Assembly: GCF_009914755.1 (NCBI RefSeq)
Contig: NC_060927.1
Source of the DNA: the human T2T-CHM13v2.0 reference genome, Homo sapiens
Strand: one strand, 5' to 3'
Length of the DNA stretch: 64,000 nucleotides
Part shown: piece after piece, positions 53,288-64,000 of the stretch
Numbering within the stretch: position 1 is the stretch's first letter
Layout of the letters: each line of letters starts with the position of its first letter
The notes under the pieces: generated by a model
What the model was told of the DNA's origin: nothing
Databases searched by the model: none
What the model saw: the letters and a program-made list of their open reading frames with translations, nothing else
Position numbers and translations under genes: made by a program

Positions 53288-54939
53288 TTTTTTTCATTCA
53301 TTGTTCTGGAAATTAATAGTTCACATAAAAGACATCTTTACATGAATTAGAAAAAGTTATTCTCTTCTAGGGCCAAGTTACAAAAGGAATTTTCTTGGGG
53401 AGATCAATTAGAGAAGGGTGTTCCCTCTGGGTAGACCAGTTAGAAATATGTTCCCCTTCCTCTTGGCTAGTGCCGCAAGGTACGGGGCATGGTAAGCAGA
53501 GCCTGGGCGCATTTCAGCCCCCACTTCCCCTCTGTTGGCTAGGGATCTTTGTGTCAGGCACACTTTGCATGACTGCACTGCACATTGACCTTGCAGTTAG
53601 GCACTTGGCCAGTGGGCATTCCAATCTGGAGACTCACTCTATTCCATACCTGGGAATTTTCCTGTATTATTTCTTCAGTAAATCTCTTCTTACTGTTTCC
53701 TGTCATCTGTTTTTAGAATCCTATTTCTCAGATGTTGGATCTACTGACTGAGTTTCTTGTCTTTCCTCTCTTGTTCATCTCCTGGTTCTTTTATTCTAGT
53801 TTCTGGGAAATTTCTCAAGTTCAATTCTCATACCAAAATTTTTTCAACCAAAATTTTAATTTCACCTATACTATTTTTTATTTTGATGAGTGATCATTCT
53901 ATGATGACTCTTTTTTATTTTTACTATATCCTTCCACTCATGTTTCATTAGTACAATATCTCATTATCGTTCTCTGATTCTTAACGAGATTTCCTTTTCC
54001 AGCAGGGTGTCTGTTTCATTTCTTCTCTCTTGCTTTTCTAGAGTGCTTTCTTCAAATATCTGTTTATACTTAAGGATGAAGCACTGGGAAACTAATGGGA
54101 AACTCAGTTGTTGTGTGTGGCTTGTTAATGATGGGCTTCTCAGTAGAAAAACAGGATGACCCTTTTCACTGGAGAACCTGAAATATCAGTATCTGTGGGT
54201 CTTTACTCGGGTAACTCAGCTTCTTCAAAAAGTAATGCTTCAGACTCCAGCCTTAAGGGTACAAATACGTCTGGTTGCTGTTACTCTGAAACTGCTTAGG
54301 GAGTCTCACTTTCAGCACACAGACTTTCCCTTAATTTCTCAGTTTTTACTTTCATACCTTGTCAATTCCATTCTTGAACTAAGTCCTCTAATTGTGGTAT
54401 TGTTGCCATTTCTTCAGAGACTACACCTTTTGACTCCTCCATGGGTAGCAGTGGCAGCCGTTGATTATGCTGGGTGGGATGGGGATGGGAAGCTGGGAGG
54501 TGCCACTGGTCTTTATATAGACTTTCAAACAAGTCTCAATCTCAGTCCTGTACCCTCACCACAGCTTCCTTTCTTTTTTCCTCTTCTTGGTCCTTCTCCT
54601 GCTCTTGTTCTTCTTTCCTTTTTTAAATATAAAATGTATACATATAAAGATGTATAAATATGAAGGATAAAATCCAGTGAGTTTTGGGAAGTGAGTTATA
54701 CCCAGGTAATTCACACTCGTAGCAAGATATAGAACATTTCCATCACCCCAGAAAGTTTCTTCACATTCCTTCTCATCCCCTCCAGAGGCATCCTCTATTA
54801 TGTGTTTTTTTCACCATAACTTAGTCGTTTGTCAACATATTCATATAAATGAAATCATACAAATGTACTGTTTTGTGTCTTATGGCTCAACACAGTGTCT
54901 GTGAGGCTCATCTATGTCATTGTGTGCATCAGTTTAGCT

Positions 54940-55265
<326 letters not shown>

Positions 55266-55489
55266 AGTTTAGCTCCTTTTTAACTGCTTCCCCTGCCACC
55301 CATGAAAGAGTCAAAGGGTGTAGTCTCTGAAGAAGTGGGAACCATCCCCCAATCAGAGGACTGTAATTCAAGAATGGAAACGATGAGGCATGAAGGTAAA
55401 AACTGAGAAATGAAGGAGAAGTCTGTGTACTGAAAGTGAGAATTTTTATTGATGAGTAATATTTATTTCATTGTGTGAGTATACCCCAG

Positions 55490-55793
55490 TTTTTTTCTTT
55501 TTTTGAGACAGGGTCTTACTCTGATGCCCAGGCTGGAGTACAGTGCCACAATCATGGCTCATTGCAGCCTCGACCTCCCGGGCTCAAGTGATCCTCCTGA
55601 CTCAGCCTCTTGAGTAGCTGGGACTATGGGTGGGTGTGCATCACCATGCCTGGCTAATTTATTTTATTTTTTTAGTAGAGAAGGTGTTCCACCATGTTGT
55701 CCAGGCTGGTCTCCAACTCCTGAGTTCAAGCAGTCCACCCACCTTGGCCTCCCAAAGTGCTGGGATTACAGGCGTGAGCCACTGCACGCAGCC
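55490..55793 (-). mobile_element. AluJ
   Basis: ATCATGGCTCATTGCAGCCTCGACC. Confidence 0.9.
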
Positions 55794-56396
55794 ACAATTT
55801 GTTTATTCATTCTCCTATTGATGGACATTGGGTTATTTCTTGTTTCAGGCTATCATGAATAAAGCCACTATCAATATTCATCTACAAGGCTTTTTTTGGA
55901 AATACATTTTCATTTCTCTTGAGTAAATATGTAGAAGTAGAATTGCTGGGTTAAAGAGTAGGTACATGGATATCTTCATAAGAAACTGCCAAAGCTTTTC
56001 CAAAGTGATCGTACCATTTTACATCCCTGCCAGTATTTTATGGAAGTTCTGGTAATCTAAATCCTTGCCAACATTTGATGTTGATAGTCTTAAATTTAAC
56101 CATTCTAGTGGGTGTGGTGTGTCTTTATGCTTTTAATCTGCATTTCCATAATAACTTCTCTTCCATTGCTGGTTTTCTGAGAGTTGTGATTATGAATGTG
56201 TATTGAATTTTGTCAAATTCTTTTTCTACATCATGTTTTTCTCATTTAGTCTGTTAAAAAATACTGAATTACATTGACTTTTTGAGTTACACTCATTTTG
56301 CATTCTGGGGTATACATTCTTGGTCATAATATATTATCCATTTATATATTGCTGTATTCCATTTTCTAATTTTGTATTAATAATTTTTTTGTGTGT

Positions 56397-57074
<678 letters not shown>

Positions 57075-57472
57075 TCAGTTCTTAGTATAAGCATTTTGTT
57101 GACCTTATAATTAGTTGCGAAGTATTTCCTCCTGTTTTTTTGAAGGGGTTTGTATAAAACTGGCATCAATTCCTTCTTGGATGTTTGATAGAATTCATCA
57201 ATGAAGAACAACCTGGTCTTGGGTTTTCTTTTGTGTGTGGAGGTTTTTATAATACATTCTTTTTTTTATTATGCTTTAAGTTCTAGGGTACATGTGCACA
57301 GCGTGCAGGTTTGATACATAGGTATACATGTGCCATGTTGGTTTGCTGCACCCACCAACTCATCATTTACATTAGGTATTTCTCCTAATGCTATCCTTCC
57401 CCCCTCCTCCCACCCCACGACAGGCCCTGATGTGTGATGTTCCCCTTCCTGTGTCCAAGTGTTCTCATTGTT

Positions 57473-61273
<3,801 letters not shown>

Positions 61274-61339
61274 TATGATGTTTGCTGGTTATTTTGCCCA
61301 TTAATTGATGAGGTTTCTTCGTAGCATCGATGGTGTTTA

Positions 61340-62357
61340 CAATTTGGCATGTTTTTGCAGTGGCTGGTACTGGTTGTTCCTTTCCATGTTTAGTGCTTCC
61401 TTCAGGAGCTCTTGTAAGGCAGGCCTGGTGGTGACAAAATCTCTCAGCATTTGCTTGTCTGTAAAGGATTTTATTTCTCCTTCACTTATGAAGCTTAGTT
61501 TGGCTGGATATGAAATTCTGGGTTGAAAATTCTTTTCTTTAAGAATGTTGAATATTGGCCCCCACTCTCTCCTGGCTGTAGGGTTTCTGCTGAGAGATCT
61601 GCTGTTAGTCTGATGGGCTTCCCTTTGTGGGTAACTCGACCTTTCTCTCTGGCTGCCCTTAACACTTTTTCCTTCATTTCAACCTTGGCGAATCTGACAA
61701 TTATGTGTCTTGGGGTTGTTCTTCTGGAGGAGTATCTTTGTGGTGTTCTCTGTATTTCCTGAATTTGAATGTTTACCTGCCTTACTATGTTGGGGAAGTT
61801 CTCCTGGATAATATCCTGAATGTTTTCCAACTTGGGTCCCTTCTCCCCATCACTTTCAGGTACACCAATCAAACATAGACTTGGTCTTTTCACATAGTCC
61901 CATATTTCTTGGAGGCTTTGTTCGTTTCTTTTTACTCTTTTTTCTCTAAACTTCTCTTCTTGCTTCATTTCATTCATTTGATCTTCAATCACTGATACCC
62001 TTTCTTCCACTTGATCGAATCGGCTATTGAAGCTTGTGCATGTGTCACAAAGTTCTTGTGCCATGGTTTTCAGCTCCATCAAGTCATTTAAGGTCTTCTC
62101 TACACCCTTTTTCTAGTTAGCCATTCATCTAATTGTTTTTCAAGGTTTTTAGCTCCCTTGTGATGGGTTCAAACCTCCTCCTTCAGCTTGGAGAAGTTTG
62201 TTACTACTGACTTGCTGAAGCCTACTTCTGTCAACTCGTCAAAGTCATTCTTTATCCAGCTTTGTTCCATTGCTGGTGAGGAGCTGCAATCCTTTGGAGG
62301 AGAACAGGCACTCTGGTTTTTAGAATTTTCAGCTTTTCTGCTCCAGTTTCTCCCCAT
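61340..62357 (-). pseudogene. L1 ORF1, disrupted
   Basis: ORFs 62169-62357 and 61495-62082, frameshift after AETLQ. Confidence 0.92.
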
Positions 62358-62941
62358 CTTTGTGGTTTTATCTACCGTTGGTCTTTGATGTTGGTGACCT
62401 ACAGATGGGGTTTTGGTATAGATGTCCTTTTTGTTGATGTTGATGCTGTTTCTTTCTGTTTGTTAGTTTTCCTTCTAACAGTCAGGTCCCTCAGCTGCAG
62501 GTCTGTTGGAGTTTGCTGGAGTTCCACTCCAGACCCTGCATGCCTGGGTATCACCAGTGGAGGCTGCAGAACAGCAAATATTGCTGCCTGATCCTTCCTC
62601 TGGAAGCTTCATCCCAGAGGGACAGCCACCTATATGAGGTGTCTGTTGGCCCCTACTGGGAGGTGTCTCCCAGTTAGGCTACACAGGGGTCAGGGACCCA
62701 CTTGAGGAGGCAGTCTGTCTGTTCTCAGAGCTAAAACACTGTGCTGGTGAGAGAGAACCACTGCTCTCTTCTGAGCTGTCAGACAGGGATATTTAAGTCT
62801 GCAGAAGTTGTCTGCTGCCTTTTGTTCAGCTATGCCCTGCCCACAGAGGTGGAGTCTAGAGCCAGTAGGCCTGATTGAGCTGTGGTGGACCCCACTCAGT
62901 TCAAGCTTCCTGGCCACTTTGTTTACCTACTGGCCTCAGCA

Positions 62942-63136
62942 ATGGCAGACGCCCCTCCCCCAGCCAGGCTGCTGCCTCACAGTTTGATCTCAGATTGCTG
63001 GGCTAGCAGTGAGCAAGGCTCCATGGGTGGCAGCCACCGAGCCAGGCAAGGAAGAGAATCACCTTGTCTGCTGGTTCCTAAGACCTTGGGAAAAGTCCAC
63101 AGTCTTTGGGTGGGAGTGTCCCATTTTTCCAAGTAG
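62942..63136 (+). CDS. L1 ORF0-like antisense frame, 64 aa (coding status unproven)
   Basis: gcaATGg start; MADAPPPARLLPHSLISDC resembles ORF0 MAGAPPPASLPPCSLISDC. Confidence 0.35.
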   Translation: MADAPPPARLLPHSLISDCWASSEQGSMGGSHRARQGRESPCLLVPKTLGKVHSLWVGVSHFSK

Positions 63137-63392
63137 TGTGTCACAGCGTCTCTTGGCTAGGAAAGGGAAATCCCTGACCCCTTGTGCTTCCCAGGTGAGG
63201 CGATGCCTGCCCTGCTTCAGCTTGTCCTCCATGGGCTGCACCCACTGTCCAACCAGTCCCAATGAGATGAACCAGGTACCTCAGTTGGAAACGTAGAAAT
63301 CACCCGTCTTCTGTGTCGATCACGCTGGGAGTTGCAGACTGAAGCTGTTCCTATTCGGCCATCTTGGAAAGTCTCATAATACTTTCATTTTT

Positions 63393-64000
63393 AAAAAAAA
63401 TACAGGGTATTAAAAATTTCAATATGATTTTAGGTCAGTTTTAGTAAGTTTGTTCTTTTAGAAATTTGTTTCCTTTAATCTAAGGTGTTAATTTTTTGCC
63501 ATAATACACTTCATACTATTTCAGTGTTAGCCTTTTAATATTTGTAGGATCTATCCTTTCTTTCATTTGTAGTAGTAACAGCTTTTGTTTTCCTTTCTTC
63601 TTGATCATCCTAACCAGGAGTTTACTGATTCCATTAAATGTTTCAAAAACCAACGTTTGGATTTGTTATTTTTGTATACTCTTTGTTTTCTAGTTTCTTG
63701 ATTTCTGCTTTATATTTATGATTTCTCTCCGTTCACAGATTTTGGGTTTAATTTGCTCTTCTTTTTTTAACTTCTTAAAATAGAAACTTAAAATAATTGA
63801 TTTTAAATCTTTCTTCTTTCCTAATATAAGCAATAGACACTAAAAATTTCCCTCTAGGCACTGCAGTGCTGCATCCCATAAAATTTGATATGTTTTAATT
63901 TCATTCAGTTCAAAAATATTTTCTAATTTCCCTGTGATTTCTTTTTTTTATTTAATAAAGTTTTGTTTTTCCAAATGTACAGTCAGTTGGACCTGTTCAT
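63393..64000 (-). mobile_element. Old L1M ORF2 region (continuation of 54620-57248)
   Basis: TTTCCCTCTAGGCACTGC..GCTGCATCCCATAAAATTTGATATG..TTCAGTTCAAAAATATTTTCTAATTTCC. Confidence 0.8.

Larger units (their letters stand above)
51040..54560 (-). mobile_element. HAL1 element with nested Alu fragment, MLT1F, L1PB and an unknown insert
   Basis: GAGAAAGGATGCATGGGAGGTAA motif; ORF1-like KEKILKTSR and LQPRILH translations. Confidence 0.7.

Overview
Human-type genomic DNA (a near-consensus AluYb8 at 54942-55265 points to Homo sapiens). It is dominated by transposable elements and has no recognisable host protein-coding exon, RNA gene or CpG island. Contents: about 30 Alus; two full-length, disabled L1PA elements in direct orientation (29679-35880 and 57261-63375) plus a 5'-truncated L1PA; three ERVL (HERV16/LTR16-class) remnants; two HAL1; old L1M, L2 and MIR; MaLR and LTR41 solo LTRs; hAT DNA transposons. 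Nearly all L1, HAL1 and ERV sequence is on the minus strand, consistent with an intron of a plus-strand transcript. I found no evidence for a new protein-coding system. The most notable signals are structural: (1) the two full-length L1s share many private variants, including the same ORF2 frameshift, suggesting interlocus gene conversion; (2) a 139-nt fold-back hairpin with G-U bias on the + strand; (3) two locally templated insertions, one inverted and one composite inside a provirus; (4) an Alu and an L1 inserted at exactly the same target site, giving three TSD copies; (5) an open ORF0-like frame and an intact endonuclease domain in one L1. Repeat subfamily calls rest on recalled consensus sequences, and boundaries of old elements are approximate.
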